Source of the DNA: Candidatus Allobutyricicoccus pentlandensis
Lineage (GTDB): Bacteria; Bacillota; Clostridia; Oscillospirales; QAMX01
Assembly (NCBI GenBank): GCA_904398645.1
Contig: CAJFPH010000088.1
Location: forward strand, 1 to 34,818
DNA: 34,818 nt
Direction of reading: 5' to 3'
Below are positions 1 to 9,634 of the stretch, one piece after another; position 1 is the stretch's first letter; the number at the start of each line of letters is the position of its first letter. A model generated the notes under the pieces. The model was not told the DNA's origin. It made no database searches and saw nothing but the letters and a program-made list of their open reading frames with translations. The translations under genes were made by a program, and so were the position numbers.

Positions 1-695
1 GCGCTATTTGCCGTATTCAACGCATCCTGCGCAGTCTGTAACGCTTTCATTTCAGCAGAAGCATCTCCAGCCGCCGTACCGCCGCCAAGATTGGAAATCT
101 GCTCCGTAATTTCTGCAATCGCATCATCAATATCCGTAACCTTATCGGCCGCAATTTCCGCTGCGATTTCTTTATCTACAACGTCGCTCTCCGCAGTCGC
201 AATCTGCGAATCCGTCACGTAAGAAAGGTCGCGCTTTTCAATTGCCGCATCTAACGCCTCCTGCAGCCGTTCTACCGCCAGCGTATCGGAGGCACTGTTG
301 ACGTATGGTGAATTAATCAAAAGGAGTCTGTAGTTATACTGTGCCTCTTCCAATTGATCGCGCAGCTCCTGCACCCCCGTGCTCTCGCCCTCTTCCAGGA
401 TAAACAGCACGTCGCCCACTTCCACCGTATCGCCCTTTCTCACGGCAACGGTCTTAATCACGCGATTTTCCTGTATTTTCACATCATAAGCGGAGTTGGC
501 CGAAACCGTTCCCGTTCCGCGGATTCTCTCCGTTATCGTCCCCGACGACACATATTGCGTGGCGACTTCTGGTAAGGAGTGGTTCATTATGGTATTTGAG
601 AAGAATGTAAGGACAAGCATAATCGCCAGGAAAATAATCGCCGCATTCTTAATCCAGCCTCTTCTCTTCCCTCTTTGTACTTCTTTGGTATCCAT
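1..695 (-). CDS. HlyD/membrane-fusion-type periplasmic adaptor-like protein (3' part runs off the window)
   Basis: Not in the ORF track; translated by hand from ATG at 695 (RBS AAGGGGG upstream): MDTKEVQRGKRRGWIKNAAIIFLAIMLVLTFFSNTIMNHSLPEVATQYVSSGTITERIRGTGTVSA...VAVRKGDTVEVGDVLFIL. One N-terminal TM helix, a lipoyl-like half motif, then an Ala/Glu-rich coiled coil open to position 1. Confidence 0.8.
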   Translation of the reverse strand, partial: MDTKEVQRGKRRGWIKNAAIIFLAIMLVLTFFSNTIMNHSLPEVATQYVSSGTITERIRGTGTVSANSAYDVKIQENRVIKTVAVRKGDTVEVGDVLFILEEGESTGVQELRDQLEEAQYNYRLLLINSPYVNSASDTLAVERLQEALDAAIEKRDLSYVTDSQIATAESDVVDKEIAAEIAADKVTDIDDAIAEITEQISNLGGGTAAGDASAEMKALQTAQDALNTANS

Positions 696-705
696 AATAT
701 CCCCC

Positions 706-1590
706 TTACCCCTTTACGGAGCCAGAATATGTGATGCCTTCCACAAGATAATCTTCTCCATGCAGGAAAAGCAGGAGTGTCGGCACCATATAAATGGTCG
801 CGACCGCAAAGGCAAGTCCGACCTCGCCGGTATTGATTTGCGAAAGAAACACGGAAAGCGGCTGCTTTTCTGCATCGGAGAGCATAATAATTGGCTGCTC
901 AACCATGTTCCAATAGTCAATGAAAACGAGTATCACAATGGAGTAAAGCGCGCTGTGGCACATTGGAATACATACGCGGGTAAAAATCTTCCAATCGCCG
1001 GCGCCGTCCAGTTTTGCAGCCTCAATCAGTGAAACCGGGATGCGGCGCATAAATTTCGTCAGCAAAAATACCGAAAACGGCGCAAAAATTCCCGGCAGGA
1101 TGATTGACCAGCGCGTGTTCAAAAGATGTGTCCATTCTGCCACCAGGTAATTAGGAACCAGCGTTACCTGATAGGGCATCAGCATCAGAATGATATAAAA
1201 GAAGAAAAGCACTTCTTTAAACTTACCACGATAGCAGGTAAAGCTGTATGCCGCAAACGCTGCAACAGCCACCTGAAACACAACAATGGGAACCACTAAA
1301 ATAACGCTGTTCCAGAACTTTATCAAGTAGTCCGGACTTTTCAGCAAGGCCGTCGCATATTGAGAAAAACTAACCTGATCCGGAATAAATTTCAGATTTA
1401 CCTGATCCGAGACGTAAGTGGTAGCGTTGGAAAGCGAAGAAAATATCACACCATAATTCGCAGCCAATTCCGTACTGGACATGAAAGAGTTTGTGATCGT
1501 CAAAACCGTCGGCATCAAAAAGACCACGGCAAAGAAAAGCGCTGTTAAAAATACCAGACCACGTCCAATGGTATAGATTGCTTTTCTCAT
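706..1590 (-). CDS. Carbohydrate-type (CUT1, MalG-like) ABC transporter permease
   Basis: Multiple TM helices; EAA loop 'SLIEAAKLDGAG'; 'LMLMPYQVTLVPNY' and 'FIDYWN' are typical of MalG-like permeases. Confidence 0.9.
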   Translation of the reverse strand: MRKAIYTIGRGLVFLTALFFAVVFLMPTVLTITNSFMSSTELAANYGVIFSSLSNATTYVSDQVNLKFIPDQVSFSQYATALLKSPDYLIKFWNSVILVVPIVVFQVAVAAFAAYSFTCYRGKFKEVLFFFYIILMLMPYQVTLVPNYLVAEWTHLLNTRWSIILPGIFAPFSVFLLTKFMRRIPVSLIEAAKLDGAGDWKIFTRVCIPMCHSALYSIVILVFIDYWNMVEQPIIMLSDAEKQPLSVFLSQINTGEVGLAFAVATIYMVPTLLLFLHGEDYLVEGITYSGSVKG

Positions 1591-2474
1591 CCTTCCACAT
1601 CCCTTCCGAAGAAGTTTTCCGCCACAAAAAGGATGGCAATCAGCACAACCATAACAGCCGCCATGAGGACCGCCGCAGCCGACAATTTCTGATAATCAAT
1701 ATTGAGGAACATATTGTTCATGAAATGCTGCAGCGTGTAAAGCGACTCATAAGGATATTCACCCGTCAGCAAATATACCTCACGGAACACCTTAAAGGAA
1801 TTAATCAGCGATAAAATGGTAACAAACAGTACCGTCGGCGACAAATAGCGCAGCTTAATATTAAAAAAGCTGTAGATTGGGCCCGCGCCCTCGACCTTCG
1901 CCACTTCCAAAAGGCCCTGGGGCATATTGTTCAGCGCCGCCATGAAAAGAATCATATTATAGCCTAGATTCTTCCACAAAAACAGCAGCACAACCGGAAA
2001 CTGCCCATACTCTGATTTAAACCAGTCGATCTTGTCGTATCCGAATATCGACAGGAAATTGTTCAGCACGCCGTTATAATGGAAGATGACCTGCCAAATC
2101 AAAACGATAGAGGCCACCGGCACCATCATAGGGCTCAGGAAAAACGTCCTGAGCTGGCTCTTTGCCGGTATTTTGCATTCCAGCAAAAGAGCCAGCATAA
2201 TTGCAAGAATTACCGCCAGGGGTACGGCGACCGCAGAAAACTTTATGGTATTTGCGGCCGCCATACGGAATGACGAGTTGTTCAAAACATTTATAAAATT
2301 CTCAAATCCTACAAATTCCCTGACCAGCGGGCTTCGAATCAGCGAATAATAGACCACCACGCCGAAGGGCAATATGTAAAATATGGCCGCACCGAGAAAG
2401 CTCGGCGCCAAGAAGGCCGCGCCGCTTAGCCGTTCGCGCGCCTTGCGGCGGAGTCTTGCGTGATTGATCTTCAT
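1587..2474 (-). CDS. Carbohydrate-type (CUT1, MalF-like) ABC transporter permease
   Basis: 'FVGFENF', 'WKNLGYNMILFMAAL', EAA loop 'LEVAKVEGAG', 'INSFKVF'; 4-nt overlap with the downstream permease. Confidence 0.9.
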   Translation of the reverse strand: MKINHARLRRKARERLSGAAFLAPSFLGAAIFYILPFGVVVYYSLIRSPLVREFVGFENFINVLNNSSFRMAAANTIKFSAVAVPLAVILAIMLALLLECKIPAKSQLRTFFLSPMMVPVASIVLIWQVIFHYNGVLNNFLSIFGYDKIDWFKSEYGQFPVVLLFLWKNLGYNMILFMAALNNMPQGLLEVAKVEGAGPIYSFFNIKLRYLSPTVLFVTILSLINSFKVFREVYLLTGEYPYESLYTLQHFMNNMFLNIDYQKLSAAAVLMAAVMVVLIAILFVAENFFGRDVEG

Positions 2475-2492
2475 GCCTGTTTCGCCTCGATC

Positions 2493-4958
2493 TTATCTCT
2501 GCTCGTTTACGTAAATCGTCGCACGGCTTTGGATTATGCTTGCAACGTCCTGTGCGGTCTTCTGGCCCTCAAAGAACGGCTGCACTTCCTCCGCTATGAT
2601 ATTATAAATGTCCTGATCGAAGGACAGGGAACCGGTGACATTGTTAATCAGTTCAAGCAGCTGGTCCACTTCCTCCTGCGTAGCGGCATAGAGCTCTATC
2701 TCAATTCCATCATCAACCCACCAGGTACCGTGGGAAATCTCAACTTCATTGCCGTCTTCATCGGTGCCCATCTGCTTTTCCATGGCATTTTCTACAAACT
2801 TGTCAAAAGCCTTCTGGTTGGTCGGAATGCCCCACACATAATTATAACCTTCATCATCCCCTGCCTGGTACTCTTCCGTAAAGAGATACCGGATGAAAGA
2901 CCACGCGGCATCCTTGTGTTCACAGGTAGACGAAATCGCAAGACCGCCGGATACACTCGCCACACTGCCGCTGCCCTCAGTCGTCGGGAAACCAACAAAC
3001 GTGACATCTCCGCCATAAAGCTTCTTATACCGCTGGAACTCATCAAAATCTGCAACCGTCGAACGAGACAGCATTACCTTGCCATCCATGATCTGACGGT
3101 ACTCACTGACATAGGTCTCTTCGTCATAATTAATCTCTGCCGGGAAAGTCTTTACAAACTCCAGCAGTTTGATGAACTCTTCGTTATTGAAGTCGCACTC
3201 GCCTGTCGTCCAATCGACATAATTATTCTGGTTCATCATGCTGACATAATAGAGCATGTCGTCGCGTGTGGCGTTTGCAAATGCAACGGCGCCCTCCGGC
3301 ATCTTCTGAAGCGCCGCCTGCAGCTCATCAACCGTCCATCCCATCTGATCGCCGACAATATCGGTTGCGCCAATTACCGTCGAAATCGAAAAGGATGCAG
3401 CCGCCTGATAAATACCGCCATTGACCTCAAGAGCTTTCTCAGCGCCCGGAACTAAGGCATCGGGACCAAGCTCCGGATCAGACTCGATATAAGGACGCAG
3501 ATCTTCCAGGAGTCCGCGCGCGATATAACGCGTAATCGGAAGGTTGTCGGTCGACAGAATATCCGGAACCTGGCCGGAAATAATTTCTGTTGTCAGCTTC
3601 GTCTGTCCAGCCGTATAATCGTCTTCCGTATTAAATGTCGAATAGTCGACCACATTGATGCGGTAGGAGTCGTTGGTCTTGTTGAAGTCAATGATTTTTG
3701 CCTGGAGGTCATAGTCAAGCCACATGCAGGCAAACGTCAAAATTTCTTTCTCCGGAATCGTAGCAGGATCGGCCTTTGTCAATGTGACGACCTCATAGTC
3801 GGAGCGGCCGTTGCGCCAGTTGCTGCTAATGCCAAGAATACGCCCATCATCGAGCGGAATGATGTTTTGCAGGTCGTTCACATTGATATCGCTGTTGATC
3901 CAGTTGATGAGCTGTGTTGCAGTCTCCGTAGCGACCTGATATCCATAGAGGGAGTATCCATCGTTATAGTAGTAGTCATACTCGCCGCCGCCGTTAATCA
4001 GGTTATAGACATTATAGGGTATGGAAATATCCTCGCCAAATGCCTTGGCAGTCTTATCAATTGTGCTTAGCAGATATCCGTTTTCGCCTTCTTCATAATA
4101 CATGGCGGCTACAGTGCCGTCGCTCAACTTTACAAGGCTATTGATCCAGCCGTTTTCCGCAGTCAGCGTGAACAACAGGGTTCCATCCCCGTCGATTACA
4201 TATACGTTGCCCTCACCGCCGCCTGTGATATAAAGCGTACCGTCGTTATCCACTATAAACGTGTTTATGTAAAAATAATCCTGGCCCTCTGCAATAGACG
4301 TCAGGTCAACGCTGGCAACCTCTGCGCCGGTCGGGTCCAACTTGCGGATGGCATACTGCGTACCGTCGTCATAGTAGGTTCCCGCCTCGTCATAATGATA
4401 GGCATAGATCTCCTCGGAAACCCATATATTCCCTTCGCCATCCACGCACATATTGTTCAGATAGCTGTTTCCCTGGGATCCTTCAGGAACCTGCGTCAGC
4501 GAAAAATTCTCCAATATTTGGAAATCTGTTCCATCAATGTTCATGCTGCAGATCACAGGCTCTGTCTTGTCATACTCGCTTGTCTGCGCATATTCACCGT
4601 TTGCAATTTTTTCTTCATCCGTAATCAGGTTCCAATTCTCATCATAGTAGTCAACCTGCGTTCCCGTGACCATCCAGGCAACCATGTAAAGCTTACCGTT
4701 TGCATAGGTCACGCGATCGATACTACTGAGTTCTTCGTCCGTTGTAAGCGTCTGATACGACGCAGTATAGACAAAGTCCAGATAAGCATCATCGCTGGTT
4801 GAACCAGATCCGTTTGTACCGCTGTTGTTACCAGTTGATGCATTATCGCCATTATTCGCATCAGGGGCGTTTGTATTGCCGCCGCAGGCAACCAGAGACA
4901 ACGCCAGCAGCATAGCCGCAAGCAGCAGTGCGGTCATTCTGAAAAACTTCCTGTTCAT
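2493..4958 (-). CDS. Large extracellular solute-binding lipoprotein (C-terminal sugar-type SBP, N-terminal beta-rich/propeller-like region)
   Basis: Start moved to ATG 4958 (RBS AAGGAG); signal peptide with lipobox LALSLVA-C; Asn/Gly/Ser linker; C-terminal half has SBP motifs 'IISGQVPDIL', 'GLLEDLRPYI', 'WTVDEL', 'KDAAWSFIRYL', 'GQKTAQDVA'. Confidence 0.85.
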   Translation of the reverse strand: MNRKFFRMTALLLAAMLLALSLVACGGNTNAPDANNGDNASTGNNSGTNGSGSTSDDAYLDFVYTASYQTLTTDEELSSIDRVTYANGKLYMVAWMVTGTQVDYYDENWNLITDEEKIANGEYAQTSEYDKTEPVICSMNIDGTDFQILENFSLTQVPEGSQGNSYLNNMCVDGEGNIWVSEEIYAYHYDEAGTYYDDGTQYAIRKLDPTGAEVASVDLTSIAEGQDYFYINTFIVDNDGTLYITGGGEGNVYVIDGDGTLLFTLTAENGWINSLVKLSDGTVAAMYYEEGENGYLLSTIDKTAKAFGEDISIPYNVYNLINGGGEYDYYYNDGYSLYGYQVATETATQLINWINSDINVNDLQNIIPLDDGRILGISSNWRNGRSDYEVVTLTKADPATIPEKEILTFACMWLDYDLQAKIIDFNKTNDSYRINVVDYSTFNTEDDYTAGQTKLTTEIISGQVPDILSTDNLPITRYIARGLLEDLRPYIESDPELGPDALVPGAEKALEVNGGIYQAAASFSISTVIGATDIVGDQMGWTVDELQAALQKMPEGAVAFANATRDDMLYYVSMMNQNNYVDWTTGECDFNNEEFIKLLEFVKTFPAEINYDEETYVSEYRQIMDGKVMLSRSTVADFDEFQRYKKLYGGDVTFVGFPTTEGSGSVASVSGGLAISSTCEHKDAAWSFIRYLFTEEYQAGDDEGYNYVWGIPTNQKAFDKFVENAMEKQMGTDEDGNEVEISHGTWWVDDGIEIELYAATQEEVDQLLELINNVTGSLSFDQDIYNIIAEEVQPFFEGQKTAQDVASIIQSRATIYVNEQR

Positions 4959-5091
4959 CTCGTTCTCCTTGCCGAAAATTATTACAAAAGCACCTGCCCG
5001 GGCTCTTGCCAATCACTAATATTAGACGTATGCCGTCACAAAAAGTTTCAAGTATAATCCAAAGAAATAATTTTTCATAAATTCCTTTTTC

Positions 5092-5100
5092 ATTATAACA
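5092..5100 (-). promoter_or_regulatory. Extended -10 sigma-A promoter of the ABC operon
   Basis: Minus strand TGTTATAAT about 135 nt upstream of the SBP start; -35 is poor. Confidence 0.5.
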
Positions 5101-5212
5101 CATACCGCCTGAAAAGCCATATTTTAAGTGATTATTTTTTTCTTAAATTTTCTTGGAAATCCAACCTTTTCCCAAGACATCCTTGATTTGCACAAGCTTC
5201 CGTTTTTTTTAT

Positions 5213-5243
5213 GAATCACCTTGTGAAGAATAGACAAATACTA
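5213..5243 (+). promoter_or_regulatory. Possible forespore (sigma-F/G-like) promoter
   Basis: GAATC...GACAAATACTA resembles GNATA..CATACTA/GGnAnAnTA, but both the match and the spacing are imperfect. Confidence 0.25.
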
Positions 5244-5273
5244 ATGCCAAACAGGAAAAAAGGAGTTGTTTTG

Positions 5274-7601
5274 ATGAAAGCTGTCATATTAGCCGGCGGT
5301 GAAGGCACCAGATTGCGTCCGCTGAGCTGTGACACGCCGAAACCCATGACAAAGTTATTTGACCGGCCTGTCATGGAGCATGCGATCAACCTTTTGCGTA
5401 AAAACGGCATTACGGAAATTGCCGCGACGCTTTGCTACATGCCGCAGGTTTTCGAAGAATATTTTGGTGATGGAAAACGTCTCGGCGTGAATCTTCATTA
5501 TTACTACGAAGACGTTCCACTCGGTACCGCCGGCGGCGTAGCCGCATGCCGTGACTTTCTGGATGACGACTTTCTCGTTCTCTCGGGCGACGCCGTATGT
5601 GATTTCGATTTTACGCCGCTATATGACTTTCATAAAAGGAATCACGCAGAAGTTACGGTCATTCTCTCCCGTCAAAGCAATCCCTTAGGTTACGGCCTCG
5701 TTTTGACAGGCCCCGACGGCCGGGTTGAACGCTTTATTGAAAAGCCATCCTGGGACAGCGTTTTTACGGACACCGCCAATACAGGTATCTATATTCTCTC
5801 TCCCTCTGTGCTTCAGGATGTGCCGGAGGGAAAAAAGTTTGACTTTGCACACGACCTGTTTCCAAAGCTTCTCTCTCAACAACGCGCAGTCTACGCCGTA
5901 ACGGCAAACGGCTACTGGTGCGATATCGGCAATTGCGGCGCCTATCTTGCCTGCGTCCGAGACGCCCTCGCCGGGCGCGTAAATCTGGAGCTCCCACCGG
6001 CAGAGCACGGCATTCGCGCCTTGTCCCCCATCCCGCTTGACGCCGTGATCTCCACACCGGTCTACATTGGTCAAAACGTCACGATCGGCGAGGGCGCGCG
6101 TATCGGTCCGTACACCGTACTTGGAGAGGGATCAAAAGTCGGCCGGGAAGCACGCGTAATTGGCAGTGTCGTCAACGGCGCTACCATTGGACAGGGCGCA
6201 CGTTTGCGGGACAGTATTCTCTGCCGCGGTGCAAAGGTTGGCGACGGCGCTGTTTTGCAGGAAGGCTGCGTCATTGGTGAAAAAGCAGTGATCGGCGAGG
6301 GCGCACAGCTCCACACAGGAGTCCTGGTCTGGCCGGAAAAATCCTGCTCCGCAAACGCAGATGTGCGCTTCAACATCACCACACGCACATCGTGCGAACC
6401 GCTCGGCTTCAGCGACGGCTCTGCCGTTTCCGGCGAACCCGACGGAATGTTGACTCCGGAATTTTGTACAGCGCTCGGTATCGCCGCAGCAATGGCCTGC
6501 GGTCAAACCCCGCGTATTGGCATTGGCTGCGAAAACATCCCCGCATGCGGAATGCTGGCCTCCGCACTCGAGTGCGGGATCCGTGCAGGGGGCGCGCGTG
6601 CCGTTCGCTGCGGCGGCAGCTTAGCGGCGGCGGCGGCTTTTGCAGCACAATATGCGTCGTTTGATCTATGCTTCTTCGTCTATCGCAACGGAGACGGCAT
6701 CACCGTCCGCGTTTTTGATACAGAGGGGCTCCCGCTTGAGCGTGAAACCGTTCGAAAAATAGAGGCCGTATTACGGCAGGGCGATTTCGAACGTGCGCCT
6801 TTCGGAAAAACCGGTCGTGTCATGAAGTTGACGGGGTTAATGGAAGCGTATTGCCGCTCGGCAACACGATATGGCCCCGCACGTGGTCGCAGTTATTCCG
6901 TGCGCACTTCTGCCGCATCGCCCGCGCTGTGTAATACGTTGTGGCTGATGGGCGCGCGGATTGCGCCGCGCGGTGAGGGACGCGCTGTGTTTGAGCCGTC
7001 AGACGATGGTTTATTCCTACGCGTAACCGATGAAACAGGACTGCAGCTCGATGATGAACGCACCATGGCATGCGCCGCCTATGCGGCGCTGGAGTCCGGA
7101 AACGACTTAGCCGTTCCATTCGAAGCGCCGGCGGCCTTTGATATAATGGCCGAAACGTTTGGAAAGCGTCTGTATCGCATTGGCCGTGATGACGGCGACG
7201 CACGGCGGCTTTGGTCGTCGCAGATTTTCATGCGCGACGCCGTTCACCGCGCCGCATACCTTGCCTCCTACACGGCAGCGCACGGCATGTCGGTTGCACA
7301 GCTCGCCGAAAAGGCTCCGAAATTCCATACGGAGTACCGTGAAATTCCCCTTTCTTCCAATCGCGCACGTTTTATGCGCGCCATATCGGATACACTCGGC
7401 GAAGCCTCTCCTGAATATGGACGTGGTATGCGTGTTCACATAGATGGCGGTTGGGTCACAATTGCGCCGTCGGCACGCGCATGTGCCGTGCGCATTTGCG
7501 CAGAGAGCAGCGCCGCAGAACTTGCCCATGAGCTGTGTGACGGCATCAGCGAGCGCGTCCGGCAGCTTGACAGCGATATAAAACGCCGAAAAAACGGATA
7601 A
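5274..7601 (+). CDS. Sugar-phosphate nucleotidyltransferase (mannose-1-P guanylyltransferase-like) with hexapeptide repeats and a degenerate phosphohexomutase domain
   Basis: ATG 5274 after AGGAG; 'KAVILAGGEGTRLRPL', 'PKPM', 'PLGTAGGV', 'FIEKP', 'YWCDIG'; IGEGA-type left-handed beta-helix repeats; C-terminal PGM/PMM-like region ('LTPEFC', 'GMRVHIDGGWVTIAPS'). Confidence 0.85.
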   Translation: MKAVILAGGEGTRLRPLSCDTPKPMTKLFDRPVMEHAINLLRKNGITEIAATLCYMPQVFEEYFGDGKRLGVNLHYYYEDVPLGTAGGVAACRDFLDDDFLVLSGDAVCDFDFTPLYDFHKRNHAEVTVILSRQSNPLGYGLVLTGPDGRVERFIEKPSWDSVFTDTANTGIYILSPSVLQDVPEGKKFDFAHDLFPKLLSQQRAVYAVTANGYWCDIGNCGAYLACVRDALAGRVNLELPPAEHGIRALSPIPLDAVISTPVYIGQNVTIGEGARIGPYTVLGEGSKVGREARVIGSVVNGATIGQGARLRDSILCRGAKVGDGAVLQEGCVIGEKAVIGEGAQLHTGVLVWPEKSCSANADVRFNITTRTSCEPLGFSDGSAVSGEPDGMLTPEFCTALGIAAAMACGQTPRIGIGCENIPACGMLASALECGIRAGGARAVRCGGSLAAAAAFAAQYASFDLCFFVYRNGDGITVRVFDTEGLPLERETVRKIEAVLRQGDFERAPFGKTGRVMKLTGLMEAYCRSATRYGPARGRSYSVRTSAASPALCNTLWLMGARIAPRGEGRAVFEPSDDGLFLRVTDETGLQLDDERTMACAAYAALESGNDLAVPFEAPAAFDIMAETFGKRLYRIGRDDGDARRLWSSQIFMRDAVHRAAYLASYTAAHGMSVAQLAEKAPKFHTEYREIPLSSNRARFMRAISDTLGEASPEYGRGMRVHIDGGWVTIAPSARACAVRICAESSAAELAHELCDGISERVRQLDSDIKRRKNG

Positions 7602-7677
7602 ACGCTATCCTTCGATGTGGATATTCTTATGAATTTTAAGAGGCGTTTAAAAAAATAGTGTATTTTTTCTAAAGACG

Positions 7678-7686
7678 TGTTATAAT
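7678..7686 (+). promoter_or_regulatory. Extended -10 sigma-A promoter of rnj
   Basis: TGTTATAAT with AT-rich upstream sequence, about 225 nt before the rnj start. Confidence 0.55.
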
Positions 7687-7912
7687 AGATTCGATGACAG
7701 GGACATGTGAAGCGCCGGATGCGCCTCTCACATGACGACGGATGATGATTCCGGATGCGGCAAAATTGCAGTTTTACTCGTTTTGTCCGCATTCTACATA
7801 GGCCGCTTGCGGGGAAATTTACCGCAGGCTTACTTTTGTTGCGTCGCAAAAGATTTACGACCGGTTTTATCATGCATGACTTTATAACATCTATAACATT
7901 GAAAGGAAAAAT

Positions 7913-9625
7913 ATGGCAGAAAAAAGTAAATTAGAAAAGACGTCAAAAAGTGAAAAGTCCAAAACAAAAAATGAAAAACTGAAAATCATACCGCTTGGCG
8001 GTTTGAATGAGATTGGTAAAAATATGACAGCCATCGAGTATGGCAACGATATCATTGTGATCGATTGTGGCGTTGCGTTTCCGGATGAAGAAATGCTCGG
8101 CGTTGACCTTGTCATTCCGGATACCACATACCTCGAAAAGAACGAGAAAAAAGTTCGTGCTATTTTTTTGACGCATGGGCACGAAGATCATATCGGCGCA
8201 CTGCCGTACGTACTGAAAAAGCTCAATGTTCCGGTTTATGGAACGACATTAACGCTTGGCCTTGTTGAAACCAAGCTTGCAGAGCATAAGCTCCTGCAAA
8301 CCGCTAAGCTCCATCGTGTCGCACTCGGAGACACCGTGCGAATGGGTTGTTTTATTGTGGAATTTATCCGCACAAACCATTCTTTGGCAGATTCTGCGGC
8401 GCTCGCCATCAATACGCCGATGGGCGCGCTCATCTTTACAAGCGATTTTAAAATTGATCCCACGCCTGTCGCCGGCGAAATGACGGATCTGACTCGTTTT
8501 GGCGAATACGGCAATAACGGCGTCCTGCTTCTGATGCAGGACTCTACAAACGTTGAGCGTCCCGGCTATACGGTCAGTGAAAAAAAGGTCGGCGCGACGT
8601 TTGACTCTATTATGAAAAACTCGGACAAGCGCATAATTATTGCAACTTTTGCGTCAAATGTCCATCGGTTGCAGCAGATCATTGATATTGCCGCAAAATA
8701 TAAGCGAAAAGTGGCCGTTTCAGGGCGCAGTATGGAAAACGTCCTTGCGGTCGCTACCAAATTGGGATACTTAAACATTCCCGAAAACACTCTGATTGAA
8801 CTCTCGGCCCTAAACCGTCATCCCAAACACAAAACTGTCATCATTACGACGGGAAGTCAGGGGGAACCCATGTCGGCGCTTTACCGCATGGCATTCTCCG
8901 GACACAAGCAGGTCGAGGTCGGCCCCGGAGATCAGGTTGTCATTGCGGCCTCCCCGATTCCCGGCAATGAAAACTCTGTCTACCGCATGATCAACGAGCT
9001 TTTCAAAAAAGGAGCAGAGGTCGTATATGACCGTCTGGCGGATATTCACGCCTCCGGTCATGCCTGTCAGGAAGAGTTAAAAATCATATTGGCCCTTACC
9101 CGTCCAAAATATTTTATGCCTGTCCACGGTGAACACCGCCATTTGATAAAACACAGTGAACTCGCGCAGAATATGGGGATCGATCCAAAAAACATCTTCA
9201 TCGGTGATATCGGTAAAGTTTTAGAGATTTCTGCCAAGGGCGCACGGTTTTCCGGTACGGTTCCCTCCGGAAAAATCCTTATTGACGGACTTTCCGTCGG
9301 CGATGTCGGCAGTGTAGTGCTGCGCGACCGCAAGCATTTGGCGCAGGACGGTTTGATCGCCGTCATTATCACGCTTGACGGCACATCCGGACAAATGATG
9401 ACAAACCCCGAAATTGTGACACGCGGGTTTGTTTATGTAAAAGAATCCGAAGATATGATGAGTGATTTGAAAAACGCCGCAAAATCGGCGCTTGAGCGTT
9501 GTGCATACGAAGACGTACACGACTGGGCGACATTGAAATCTTCCGTCAAAAAAGACGTTTCCAATCTCATTTATGCCAAGACCAAACGCAGTCCCATGAT
9601 CCTTCCCATTATCACGGAGGTCTAA
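7913..9625 (+). CDS. rnj: Ribonuclease J
   Basis: 'IIPLGGLNEIGKNM', 'THGHEDHIGA', 'DSTN', 'TGSQGEPMSAL', 'HASGHA', 'PVHGE', C-terminal 'KRSPMILPII'; RBS GAAAGGA. Confidence 0.97.
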   Translation: MAEKSKLEKTSKSEKSKTKNEKLKIIPLGGLNEIGKNMTAIEYGNDIIVIDCGVAFPDEEMLGVDLVIPDTTYLEKNEKKVRAIFLTHGHEDHIGALPYVLKKLNVPVYGTTLTLGLVETKLAEHKLLQTAKLHRVALGDTVRMGCFIVEFIRTNHSLADSAALAINTPMGALIFTSDFKIDPTPVAGEMTDLTRFGEYGNNGVLLLMQDSTNVERPGYTVSEKKVGATFDSIMKNSDKRIIIATFASNVHRLQQIIDIAAKYKRKVAVSGRSMENVLAVATKLGYLNIPENTLIELSALNRHPKHKTVIITTGSQGEPMSALYRMAFSGHKQVEVGPGDQVVIAASPIPGNENSVYRMINELFKKGAEVVYDRLADIHASGHACQEELKIILALTRPKYFMPVHGEHRHLIKHSELAQNMGIDPKNIFIGDIGKVLEISAKGARFSGTVPSGKILIDGLSVGDVGSVVLRDRKHLAQDGLIAVIITLDGTSGQMMTNPEIVTRGFVYVKESEDMMSDLKNAAKSALERCAYEDVHDWATLKSSVKKDVSNLIYAKTKRSPMILPIITEV

Positions 9626-9634
9626 ATGAACTGT

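Noticed and set aside
496-1032. 178-aa + strand ORF
   Set aside because: Overlaps the real minus-strand HlyD-like and permease genes.
2460-3455. 331-aa + strand ORF
   Set aside because: Antisense shadow of the SBP gene; no RBS or recognisable motifs.
5125-5160. OmpR-type TTAAG-N6-TTAAG direct repeat upstream of the ABC operon
   Set aside because: Only one good half-site and a 10-bp offset, in very AT-rich sequence.
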